Source of the DNA: an uncultured Candidatus Peribacteria bacterium
Lineage (GTDB): Bacteria; Patescibacteriota; Gracilibacteria; UBA1369; LOWO2-01-FULL-3
Direction of reading: 5' to 3'
Assembly (NCBI GenBank): GCA_964406295.1
Contig: CAYORB010000002.1
Coordinates: forward strand, 658-64,218
Length of the DNA stretch: 63,561 bases
The translations under genes and the position numbers were made by a program. Under the pieces are notes generated by a model that searched no databases, was not told the DNA's origin, and saw nothing but the letters and a program-made list of their open reading frames with translations. This document shows, piece by piece, positions 18,837 through 31,400 of the stretch. The first letter of the stretch is position 1; the number at the start of each line of letters is the position of its first letter.

Positions 18837-19433
18837 TTAAATTGTTATACATTCTTGTAAGAAACCAGGTAGTTTTGATTTAAAAGTCATAAAGAAACCA
18901 TACATTTTTGCTATATGCATATTTAAATCACGAAGTTGACTATTTATAGACTTATATTTTTCTAACATAATAGTAGTTCTTTTTTGAGCGTTAGTATTTT
19001 TTATATGTTCAATCATTCTTTGTTTACCAAGATCTAAGTATGAATCTGTGATTTGCGAACAACTTTGAATAGCATCTATTTCATCAATCTTAACATTACT
19101 AAAACCATCTAACCTTCTAACACCAGTTTCCAAAGCATGAAAATTTTCCTGAATTTTCAATTTGTATTGGCTGTATCTAGCAATAGCAATATTTGTAAGA
19201 GAATCATTCGAACTTTTATTTTGGAAATTAGTTTCCAAAAATTTCAAGAATTCAATCAACTCTAAATCATAAACAGGTACTAAAGTATTTTGACAATCCG
19301 TAACAGATTTACTGCTTATCTCAGATGACAAAGTGTTTTTCAATAATTTTAATTCTTCTTCAGGAGATACAGCATAAACAATGTTTCCAAGTAGTAAAAA
19401 AAGAATAATTGTAAGAGAGATAAATTTTTTCAT
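18837..19433 (-). CDS. secreted helical orphan protein (198 aa)
   Basis: Signal peptide MKKFISLTIILFLLLGNIVYA. The start overlaps the giant-gene stop by 1 nt (TAATG). C-terminus TFKSKLPGFLQECITI. Confidence 0.7.
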   Translation of the reverse strand: MKKFISLTIILFLLLGNIVYAVSPEEELKLLKNTLSSEISSKSVTDCQNTLVPVYDLELIEFLKFLETNFQNKSSNDSLTNIAIARYSQYKLKIQENFHALETGVRRLDGFSNVKIDEIDAIQSCSQITDSYLDLGKQRMIEHIKNTNAQKRTTIMLEKYKSINSQLRDLNMHIAKMYGFFMTFKSKLPGFLQECITI

Positions 19434-22400
19434 TAATTTGATATTAATACTTCATTACCTTTTGAGAAAATATAACTTCGTTTTTCAGGATCTTCATAAT
19501 CAACATGAATGACAGGATAGAAAACATCTCCAGGCAGTACATCATCACCGTTTATAAATGTGGATACACAAGGACATGTATTACATTCAGCCGGTTCTAT
19601 ATATATGCCAGGCTCCCCATCTTTTGGTTCTGTAGCAATTCCAGTATTAGCTCTAGCAACAGAATCATCGCCGCTGTTATCATCGTCATCACCACCGTCA
19701 CCACCATCATCCATAGAACCATCACCACCGTCATCGCCATCATCCATAGAACCATCACCACCGTCATCACTAGATCCATCACCATTATCTCTATCATCAT
19801 CGGCATTGTCACTACCATTATCATCCATACCATTATCAAAATCTTTAGAACCACGTTCATCACTAGCATCAAGAGGGTTACTAAAACTCGCAACTTCATT
19901 TCCGTCAATTACACCACCCCCATCAGTATCAGGATTATATGGATCAGTTTTATAAATAAATATCTCAGCATTCGTACTAAGCCCATCATGGTCATGATCT
20001 TCAGATTCAGAATCACGAGGATTTAAACCATAAAGACATTCTTGTGAATTCAAAATTCCATCCTTATCAGGATCTTCATTTGGGGCATCTATATTGTATT
20101 TGCTTTCACAGAAATCAGACATTCCATCACCATCAGCATCAATTTCTTGGCATGAATGTATATCAAGAACTCTCTGTGTCATTACTAGCAATTCATCAAA
20201 AGTCATTTCTTTATCAGCTAAGGTAGCTTCTTGTTCTGTGATTATGTAATTATTAATCAAAAGTTTATCTTCAGTCATATATGGATCCAAATTTTGAGCA
20301 ACTAACAAAATTTCATTATACCAAGGATCACCTTCACCAACATCAGTCAAATCCACTATTTTTTCCATCTCAAGCGCACGTAAAATTATTTTCACAGATT
20401 CAGCTCTAGTTATTGTATTTAAAGGTCTGAATGGTAATAATCCTGAACTATCTTCTCTATTTCCTTTATAACCTTCCACTAATCCAAGCAAAGTAGCTTC
20501 TTTGATATAAGGATAATCACTATCCAAATTTTCTGAATCAAAAATAATATCATTATATCCCTCTCCTTCAGAGTAGGCTTCATAAGCTTCCGGTTTTCTT
20601 GGAATAATACAAAGCATATCCAACAATACTCTCACAAATTCCGCTCTGCTAACTAAATCAGCAGAATCAAATATACGTCCTTCTTCCAAATCCAAACTCT
20701 TAATAATATCAGCAAATTCACCTTGAGTGTAAGTATAGGCGCTGTACAGCGCTCCTGCAGATGGAGTACGAGGACTTCTAAATGGCAAATCATCTGAGCC
20801 AACTACGGTAAATCCATTAGCAGCTATATAGATTTCTGCTACTGCTGTCCCATTAACTGAAATAACAAAAATCAAAGGACTATTTTTCTGAAGATTTTCT
20901 TTCTTTTCTAAGCTAACTCCATCAGTCATGATAATCACATTTCCAGATGTATCTATCAAAGCCAAAGTTTCTTCCGTATCTCTATTTACAAGTATGGCAG
21001 CACCAGGATTACTTGGATCATCAGCTGCTAATTGAATAAGATCATATTGATCATCAATAATTACATCATTCATATTTACACCATTTAGATCTTTATAATT
21101 TGATTCATCAATTTCAAATTCTTCGTGTAATACCACATCAACATTCGGATCTGCGACTATTACAACTGAGCCCAAAACAACTCCGTCAGGACTAACTATA
21201 TCTGTTCTGGTAGGGGAGACAGGAACATGAGCTGGCTGCACAACTGCTTCATATCCATCAACTAAGATGTTAATATTTCCAGTCTCAGGATGAATTTCAG
21301 CAACTACTTCTTCGTTACTATTTTTAACTAAAATCATCCCTTCATCTTCAAAATCATTAATTTGATATTCGCCATTTATATCAGTTTCATTTTTCTCAAT
21401 TATATCCGTTTTCAATACCAACTTTGTTTTTCCGTCTACAACTCTGTAAATATAACGGTCTCTAATCAACGCAAAAGGAATATCAGACAAACGCGGTGAC
21501 ACCATACCAGTTGCAATATAAGTCCTGGCAAAACTAGGATTCAAACTAATTTCAGGAGCAAAAACATTTACTGTAATTTTTTGATTCGAAGAATTTTTAT
21601 TTTCATCTATCAAATGTAAAACAAATTCACGCTGACCTATGTCACCTTCATTAATAAAAGGACCGATTTTAAATACAAAACCATCTTCATTTAAATCAGG
21701 ATAAATACGTTCATCTAAAGTAGTAAACACCATGCCAGGAGTAGAAGAGTAAGGCTGTGTTTCTAAATAAGCTTCGACTATTTCACCATTAGCATCAAAA
21801 GATTTACTCGCATCGATTCTCAATTCTTCATATATGGACATATCAAATACAGAGGAATTAATCACAGGAAATGGAGCCTCAGTATCCGCACAAGATTGAG
21901 GAGCCAACAATGCATGCGTTGAACTAAGAGATCTTTTACCATCAGGAGTTAAGGCATAAACATATGCGTAATAATTAGCATTTTCTAATTCCAAACTTAC
22001 TTGAGGTTTATCTTTGTTTGATAATTGAAGTATCTGCTCTTCAGCTAAGTTAATCTCCGATAATAAAATCTGACTTTCTTTACTATCTATTGGATTTGTA
22101 AGAGCAATATATCTTTGATCAAGAATATCTCTATCAGAACCATAAATAGAAGATTTCAAAATAATCTCATAAGCGTAAATATCATCACCAGCACTTAGCC
22201 AGCTCAAATCAGCGGTACCACTATTTAAATACGGAGAACTCAAACCTTGCACAGCGATTTCACCATCATTTAGATAATCACTAATTGAAGTTCGGCTTTC
22301 TATTTTCTTACCCTTTGGTTGATCTTCGATTATTTCCTTATTCTCTTTCAAATAAACATCACCACCTAAAGAATAAACAATATCAACATCACTATCCTTA

Positions 22401-25400
22401 TCAACATTACTGAAAAGTGTATGAGTTTTCTTCTTCAGTTCAAAAGTATAATTGAGTATATTTTCGTTTAAACCATCATTACCTACAATATAGAATCCTT
22501 TAGCTTGCGGGCGGGAGTTATGTTGTTTTTTCGCTAACTCTCTTTGATCAATTGTGATGTCGCCAGCCAATAGAACTCTTTCTTCAATTTCATCTGCAGC
22601 TTCAGTAAGTTTTTCTTCAATAGCATCTCCAAAGAACGAAAATTCTACAGTCTCAGAACCTGAACTGCTAGGATGTGATGTAGCTACGAGTCTGGGTCTT
22701 TGTTCATCACTTTGAGCTAAAATACGTCCAAAATCCTCCAAATTATCAATATCTTCAAGCAATTCATTCGAATCATAAATACCATCTGCATAATCAATAA
22801 GAGAACCTCTTAGAGAAGCAAGTTTTTTGATAGCAGGATTATCAGATAATTTTTCATTAGAAATACTAAATTTAACATCAGCTAAACTACGATTTAATAA
22901 TGGATCATTATTTCCCAATAAAGTTTGACTTGCTACTAAATTATGAGTTTCAGGATAATCATATTTATCTAGACTTGAAATATATTCAGTCAAAATTTTA
23001 TTCACATCTTCCATAGCAGTTTTAATTTGCTCAAATTCAGCAAATTCAGGGGAATCCAAAGACGCACTAGGTCCGCTCACATTAATATCAATTTGTTCAT
23101 CTCCAAAAGGTAAATCAATTGCACCTCCCGCATTTTCTAAAGCTTTTTCAAATTGTTCATCAATAGCTTTTTGAATCAAATTACTCAAAATTTCTCCATA
23201 AGGAAATTGAGTATATTTATTAATATTCTTCACCATATTTTTCACTTTTTCATTCCAAACTTTGAAACCTTTTTTAGCTTTGTTGTAAATAAACTCAGTT
23301 TCTACATCAAATCTCAATTTAGCCGTAACTCTTATTTCCTTCACATAATCATATTGTATAGGCGGCCATTGCATACCAAGTTGAGAGATAATAGGTAAAA
23401 CCGCTTGTACACTTGGTTGAGTTAAAGTTTCAATTTCAGTTTCAAGGGCAGATTCAGGAACAGGAACCAAACCATTTTTCAACAAGCAAAGAACACGGAA
23501 AACAGGCTTAAGTTTTGATACAACTTGTAATACAGCATTAGGTATTTCAGGAATTTTTGGTGGACGTGGAATATCAGGTAGTTGAGGTAGAGGTAATGGT
23601 GGTAAGTCAGGCAAATCAGGTAATACAAAAGTTGGAATATCAGCCACATCAAATCCAGGGATTTCAAAACTCACTTCAGGTAAAAACTCAGGTAAAGTGA
23701 TACTTGGTAGATCTGGTAGTTTAATAGGTTCAGGATTAAACGTCACATCAGGCCACACAATTTTTACACCTGTTTTTATTTGAGAAAGATCAACTATTAG
23801 ATCAGGCCATTTTGGCATTTCTATGATAGGTGGATCTGGAATCGCAACGAAAATTTGCAATAAGAGGCTTAATTTACTAAACCTATCATTTTTACATTGA
23901 TCACAAGCAGTTTGATAATCTGCAGATAAATCCAATAACACTTGCCATTTTTTAAACGTTTCTATTGCAGTTTCAACAGCCTTCATCCAGCTTTCAACTA
24001 TTTTTTGTTGTTTACTGATATATCCACCAGTAAAGTTCATAATCGCATCTAAATAACATACTATTTGAGTAGCATATTTCGCTTCCAGATGTCTATAATT
24101 CAAAATTTTCCTTGGAAGAGAAGCCAATTGATCCAAAAGATCAAGTAGATCACTTACACCGTTAATAAAGTCATTCATATCAACTGTGATTTTGTCACAA
24201 ACTGTTTTTTTAGCTTCATTTTCATCACATTTCCAAACAGCCAAACGTTCATCCAGTTGCTTTTGCATATCCTTTTTCCATTTCTTCCATTGTTCTTTAT
24301 ATTTATCAATTTCTTTCTGCGAAACAGCCGGAATTCTTACCGCTATTTCCTTACCTTCTATTTGAATCAAAGGAATACTGCTTAAGGTAGTAGCAAAATC
24401 ATGAAAACTTTGGAAATTAACTTCACTCGTCGCTTTTACATTATTTTTTATAAACGGAACTACATCAGGAAGAATTAAATAAAATTTAGGAAAATCCAAT
24501 AATTTATTAAAAATTTCATCCATCTGATTATCTAACCAATTTGTTATAATACTAGGAAACCCTGGAATTTTCACATTACCTCCCAGTGAAGCAGAGACAG
24601 TGTCATTGTCAGACCCAAATCCGCTGTCAAATTCACCTCCTTCAATGTCAGCTGTGTTAGAACCATCTGAAACTATAACAGCTTTACCAATTTCTGAATC
24701 TACAACCGCCTCTTTAGCATCAGCTATGGCATCACCAACTGCACCAATCACAGAATCACAAATTCCTGAAGCTCCAGGAATACCTCCAGGTACTGCAATG
24801 GCATAACAAGGTGAGGCATGACCAGGTCCTGGTCCAACACAAACGGCAGTGCCTAGGCCACCAGATAGGGTAGGTGATATATACCACCTACCTGACGAAG
24901 GTGCAGAGGAAGGATAGAGAGGCATAAAGTAAGGAAGATTTGGCGTACCAATCGCAAGTGCTGCAGTACCAGGCGTTGCACCATCAGGTACAAAAGCAGC
25001 ATAGTTATATGGGATAGGGGAACAACCACCACCTGAACAACGTAAAAGCGACAAAGCATTTTCCATTTTATTTGCTAAAGCATCAGCAGCATTTTCATGC
25101 TTTTCAAACGCACCGTCCCACATATCACTACAACCGTTATAATCTGAATCATGACTTTGTTGATCAACATAGCCCTGAATAACATCCGGAGTTGGAATTT
25201 GAGAATCTCCAGACTCATTATTATCAACAACAGGCACAGCATTATATTTCAAATGTTTCACTCGTCCTAGGCTATCAATTCCTGATGAATATAAGTAACT
25301 GACAATGCCTTCAGGGTTAAGTTCAGGTCTTACCATTATATCCAAACGAGTATCTTTGTTATTAGCAGCGTCTTTATAGTCAGTAAAATTATTACCAATA

Positions 25401-28400
25401 TCAAATCTAACCTTTGGCATTTGCTTTATTGCCATACTGTATTTGATATTACGCATAGAATTAGCTGGGACAGAAATACCTTCAATAACATGTGAACGCA
25501 TAGACATACCAGTTTCTTGCCAAGTCAATTCATCACCACAATTAACGTCTATACACGTCAAAGTATCAGGAAGTAATTCCATGGACAATGCCGTGGCATC
25601 TGAAAGCATTAAGTTATTAATATTGGAATTGCTATTATTTTTTAAAGTGATTATGTAATCAATTTTATCACCCACATCAGCATTTTCACCATTTATATCT
25701 ATAGCGATTTTACTTGAGTTAACACCAAATTTAGTATCAGAAGATAGTTGCACAAAATCAAACTCTCGTGAAAACCTAAGAGCAGGAATATAGGACTCGG
25801 CCATCTGAGAATTACTTTCAAAAGCTGCTTGGGCCGCAATCGCTTGCTGCGCAAGCTCATCACCCGGCTTCGGCTCATCACTTTTTAAAGAAAACTGCAA
25901 TACTTTGTTTTCCACCAATCTAATCCCAGGATAATGTATAAAAACACTATCCTTTTGGTTTTGATTTTGATCAATTTCAAAACCAAAATCCCAATCACGA
26001 GGAGCTTCACTATCCAATCCAACACATTCTCCGTCTTTGATTTTATTATGATAAACAGATATTTGACCTGAAGAATTACTGACCACCAAATCCTCACAAC
26101 CATCAAGATTCATGTCATCAGATTTCATTTCATATATCTTTTTACCATCCAGCGCCAAATCCAAACTGTATCTATCAAACCCACCACCATTATTCATATA
26201 AAGTGAGACACATTCTTCCTCAGCATTACAACTCTCATTTGTCCCAACAACAATATCATCATAAGAATCGTTATTCACATCTATTTTAGCCACACTCAAA
26301 ACCTCTCCGAAAATATTCAGTACAATTCCTTTCTCCACATAATTCCTATTACTAATAGAATTCTCCAATAACTTAACAACACCATTTTTATAAACTAGAA
26401 GTAAATCCTCACGCCCATCTCCATTCATATCAAACTCAAGCATTTCCTTAATCTGCTCCTGACCGTTGTAAAGTTGTTTACCAAGATCACGACTATATCC
26501 ACTGCCATTGCTTACTAAATCCTCTTCAATATCAAGACTTATCATCGGATCACCATAAATAATTCCGACTTCAGAAGCATAGGGCATATGAGATTCTCCC
26601 ACTGAATTACCAGCTGCAAATAATAACATATGTTTATTTTCTCCTTGAAACCCAAGTCCAAAATTATTATTAACATCTTCTAATGAAGTCTGAGCAAAAC
26701 CAGGTTTATGTTCAGGAGCCAATGTATTTTCTTTATCCACTAAATACACACCCATAGGATGAGCAGTAGAATTCCTACTAAAAGAATCTTCTAATCCATA
26801 TTTTTTTGAATTAGAAGCAAGTTGAATAGCAAGACCAGGGAAAAGATTATTCCTACTACTATCAAAATTCATCTTCCTAACATTTTGACGGAAATTTTGA
26901 TTAATACTCACGACAGCATAAGGCAGCTCATTATAAGTCACAACAAAGGTCAAATGACTTAAACTAAGGTTATCATTTTCTTCAGGCAATCTAACAGAAA
27001 AATCATCACTATTAAGAAAAACTCTACCCAACTTATCAATCCTCACATGTCTTTCGCTACCTTCTTCTATGTATATCTCATCACCAATCAATTTAGCTTC
27101 AAGATTAGACTGTGGACTAATAATTTTCACATAAACACCTTCTTCTTTTGCATTTAATTCTTGTTCATTTTCCAGCAAACTCAATGCCAGCTCTTTAGGT
27201 TTCACCAAAAAAGTAGCCAATTCTTTTTTAGCGATTCTGTCAGATAATATAATTTTATGATAATCAAGTTTCTTAGACGCAGGAACTAAAACCGATTCAA
27301 TTTGATTAGACATGAGTTCTATAACTCCATAAGCGTCCACTGAAATCAGTTTTTTATATCCATCTGGATCAGCTGTTATAGCGCTCACGACTTGCGACTG
27401 CCCATTATACAAAATTTTCTGAGCCAAATTCTCTCTTAGCAATTCGTCACCAAAATCACCACCAAGTAAAGAAGTATACAAAGATCTAGGCGCAAATTTT
27501 TCTACATCACTAGCTCTAATAAATTTTTTCACATCCAAAGATAAATACGCAGAATCTAAGTCAGGGGATTTAGCCACAAAATTAACTTTACCAGATTTTC
27601 CTTTACTCACAATCTGAGTAGAAGCTATTCCTTCTAGACTTAGAGCACTTGCAGCCTCAAAATCAATAAGTTCATCACCAGCTTCACTCACAGCAAACTC
27701 AACTCTCCTTCCATTATCTTTACTTACAAGATTCCCAAAACTATCCAAAAGTCTTGCTTGTAGAAAAACACTTTCCTCAGGATTAGTACTTATAATTTTC
27801 TCAGAACTTATTAACTCAATTTGAGTTGCTTCACCAGCAACAGTTTTCAATTTAGCGTTTGTAGAGGCAAAACCTGGCACAGTAATAGAAATTTCAACAT
27901 TACCGGTTAAGCTAGAAGATTGAAACAGAGCATCAGCCGCTTTAACCACTCCAGCCTTCATTTTTTCTGCTGCTTGATTCTTAAATCCACCAAAACTAGA
28001 GGTCAAAATCTCAAAATCAATAGGTCCATTATAACTTCCAACCACTTGATCTTCATAAAGCATAGTCACTTCAAATCCAGCAATATCAGATTTATTTGCA
28101 AGGATTTCATCCACAGTATTAAAATTTCTATCCACTATATCTACAGCCAGCTCCACGCTATCCACCACATCAAGCGTGACAGAAGCTCCTATTTCATTCA
28201 CAAAATCAATCTCTCTCCATCTTTCACCAACTTCAAGAAATCTATTCTCCAAATTCCTATCCATCAAAACAAAAATCAGATGAGCTAAACCAACCTGATC
28301 CTTAGCTATTACATCCAATTCAGCTACACCTTCCATTGTATTTAACTGAGTACCCACAATCACTGAACTCATATCCACACTCGGATTTATTTCAACAACA

Positions 28401-31400
28401 TCATTACTAAATACAGCAACTTGAGAGAAATCATTATTCGCCAAATTCCCAAACTCATCATAAAGTGAAATCGTGAAATGCGATTTCGATTGATTATTCG
28501 CTACTAACAAAAAGCTATTAGCTTCAACTTCTATAGCTACAGGTTCTCCAGCTTCTAATTGTATTTCTTTCTTAGCATAAGGATAAATACCTTCACTAAT
28601 AACATCAGCACGTAGATTTACAAAACCAGTTTTAGTCCCAGTTTTTATACTAACAAAAGCGATTCCATTTTCAGTGCTAACAACATTTTCTCCAACAAAT
28701 TCAGCCAATTCATTATCCAAAGAAAATTTTAATTGATGTACGACATCAGAATCAATACCATCATTTCCCCATACTTGTACTTCAAATTCCATTATGCCTT
28801 CACCATCAGCAACAAGAGCATCTTCATCAGAGAAAATTTTAATCTCATTATTAGTAGAATTGATTTGAACAGCATTTGAAAATAAACCTTCATCAGTTTT
28901 CACTCTAAGGGTAGCCATACCTACAACATCACTTGCTCTTAATTTAAACTCAACTTTACCATTTTCAAATTGCTTAGAATCTGAACTCGTAACATCAAAA
29001 GCGACTTCCTCTTGAACAATTTCAAGATTACCTAGTTCTTTAGCATTCACTATCGCATTAGCATTTTCATCATAAGCAGTTCCGCTTACTATCACTTCAT
29101 CAGAAGTTTTCGTAGAAGCAACATATCTATCAACCTCCAATTCTATTCTATCAATTCTAGTAAGAGGGATTTCATTATCATCAAAATGAAAATTCGGATT
29201 AAATCCACAGGATTGTTCAAAATTCGGCACTGAAGTAAATCCGTCTATAAATATTTCCAATTCTTTAAGAAATTGATCCAACCATACAAACTCCCAGTCA
29301 TCTTCATCACCTTCTTCTTCAATAGCTTCAATATCCCTACCTTGTCCAACTCCAATATTTTGCTCCAAAGCATTAAACTCAGAATCTTCCTCAGGTAAAT
29401 CCTTATTAAAACTCATTCCAAAATAATCTTCCTGCCCATCAAACACTAAATAACTAGCTTCATATCCATTACTAGAATCATTTATATAAGCATCATGTTC
29501 CTTATCTCCATTCAAATAATATTCCAAAACATAATGATGTTTTTCATCTATATTCATATTTAACCAATCCAAAGCATCAGATAATTTCGCAGTAGAAGCT
29601 CTGCGTAAATTAAAACCACTGATCGGATAATCAGTAATATTAGTCACAACAGTGGCCAGATATTTATTTACTATTTCAGTTTCAATTTCTTCAAAAGTAT
29701 AAGTATTCGGTGCAGCACTTGGATCAATCAACATCTGAGCACCAGGCAAGCGAGACAACTCCTTAGCCTTATCACTTACGGCCTTGCTTACATCACTAAT
29801 ATCAGAGATTTCTTCATCAAAAAGATTTATATAATCAACTTTAGCAGTGAGACCCGAATGCGCCTTTGGAGTAGTGGGTTGAGTTTGAAACGCCACATAG
29901 CGTGGATTATCTATAGGCAAAGAAAACGAGTTTTTAGACTTTATCTGCTGGCTAATAGTATAAGGCGTTGGTTCATTGTGAACGATAATAGAGGAAATTT
30001 CACTACCATTTTCAGACTCAAATTGATGCGGATTTACGTTTAAAATTAAATCAGTATTAAAAACTTGTCCCCAGTTTTCTTCAGTCACTTTTTGTCTAAA
30101 TGATTCAGAACCAAAAGGGATAGTGTAAGTAGTTTCGTGAGAGAGTAGTTTTCTTGAGATTTCTGGCAAATTTTCACCATCTAAACCAAAAGCAGGATTA
30201 GCTTCTTCATAATCATAGAATTTTGTTTCAGCAACGCCATCCTCATCTTCATCAATAAATTTAAAATCAACAATTCCATCACCATCATTATCAATCCCAT
30301 CAAAAAGCCCAAAATGATCAGAAAAATTCGCAAGTGAAACAGATTCACCTAATGTATTAAGCATAATTTCACTAGCATTTAATTCATCCATACCTAACCA
30401 AATACCTTCTTTTGGACTAAAGTCACTGCTATCTTTTGGGGCACCACCATGTACATAATCAGGCTCATCACCCAAACGACTATCTGCAAACAAAGCAAAA
30501 GATTCCATCAACTGTCCATACCAATCAAGATCAAAAGTAGGAGCAGCACCAGGATTTCCAGTTGAAATATCTAAAACAAATTCATAAGGATTAGAATCAC
30601 TACCGCCTTTTTGATACGAAGGTAATCCAACACCAAAACAAGAATTAAGATAAACATCATCAATATCTTCAAAATCATTGGATGGAAATTTATATATATC
30701 CACTGAATTCTCCCAATCACTTACCCTGCCGGAATTTATAAAATCATTAGTCTTTTTAACATTTACAGGAAACTGAAGCACAGGCTCATCTTGACCAGGT
30801 ATGGTCATTTTAATTGGTGCCAAACTACCAGCAGGATCCAAAACAGGAATAGAAGCAACTCTGCCAAGACATCTATCACTATTTCTGAAAGCGGAATTTG
30901 CATTACATCCAGCCGAAGCATCATAAGCCTGACTGTTATAACCTAAGACATCATTTTCATATAAAGTAAACAGAGCACCATCACTATCACCCCAGTCACC
31001 TGGGAATTCTATATTTTTAGGAAAAACTGCAAACTCAATATCAGGTTCACTTTCAGGATCTTCATCCGTTGTTTGTTTTATATCATCAGTATCTTCATGA
31101 ACTTCAACAGTAAAACTAACATTTTCAGAACGTTTTTCATTACCACGATAATACTCAAAATTAATCACACCTAAAACACTTAACACACGAATATCTTTTA
31201 ACTTAGGACTTGATATCAATTCATCCGCATCATCCCAAATTTCCAAAGGCGCAGGCAATTGAGCCAAGGGATTATTAGGATCAAACCTCATAATTTCATC
31301 TTTTGAAGCCACATTAAATTTAAAATCTTTCAAGCTATCCAGTTCCTCATCTTTTATGGCATCCATAAATTTAACAACCTCATTATAACTCTCAGCTATA

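Noticed and set aside
19505-20026. ORFs 19505..20026(+), 19560..19955(+) and 19597..19908(-) overlapping the 3' end of the giant gene
   Set aside because: They are products of the GAT/GGT-rich repetitive tract, which is stop-free in several frames. Their translations are pure low complexity, and the giant ORF frame continues coherently through the region.
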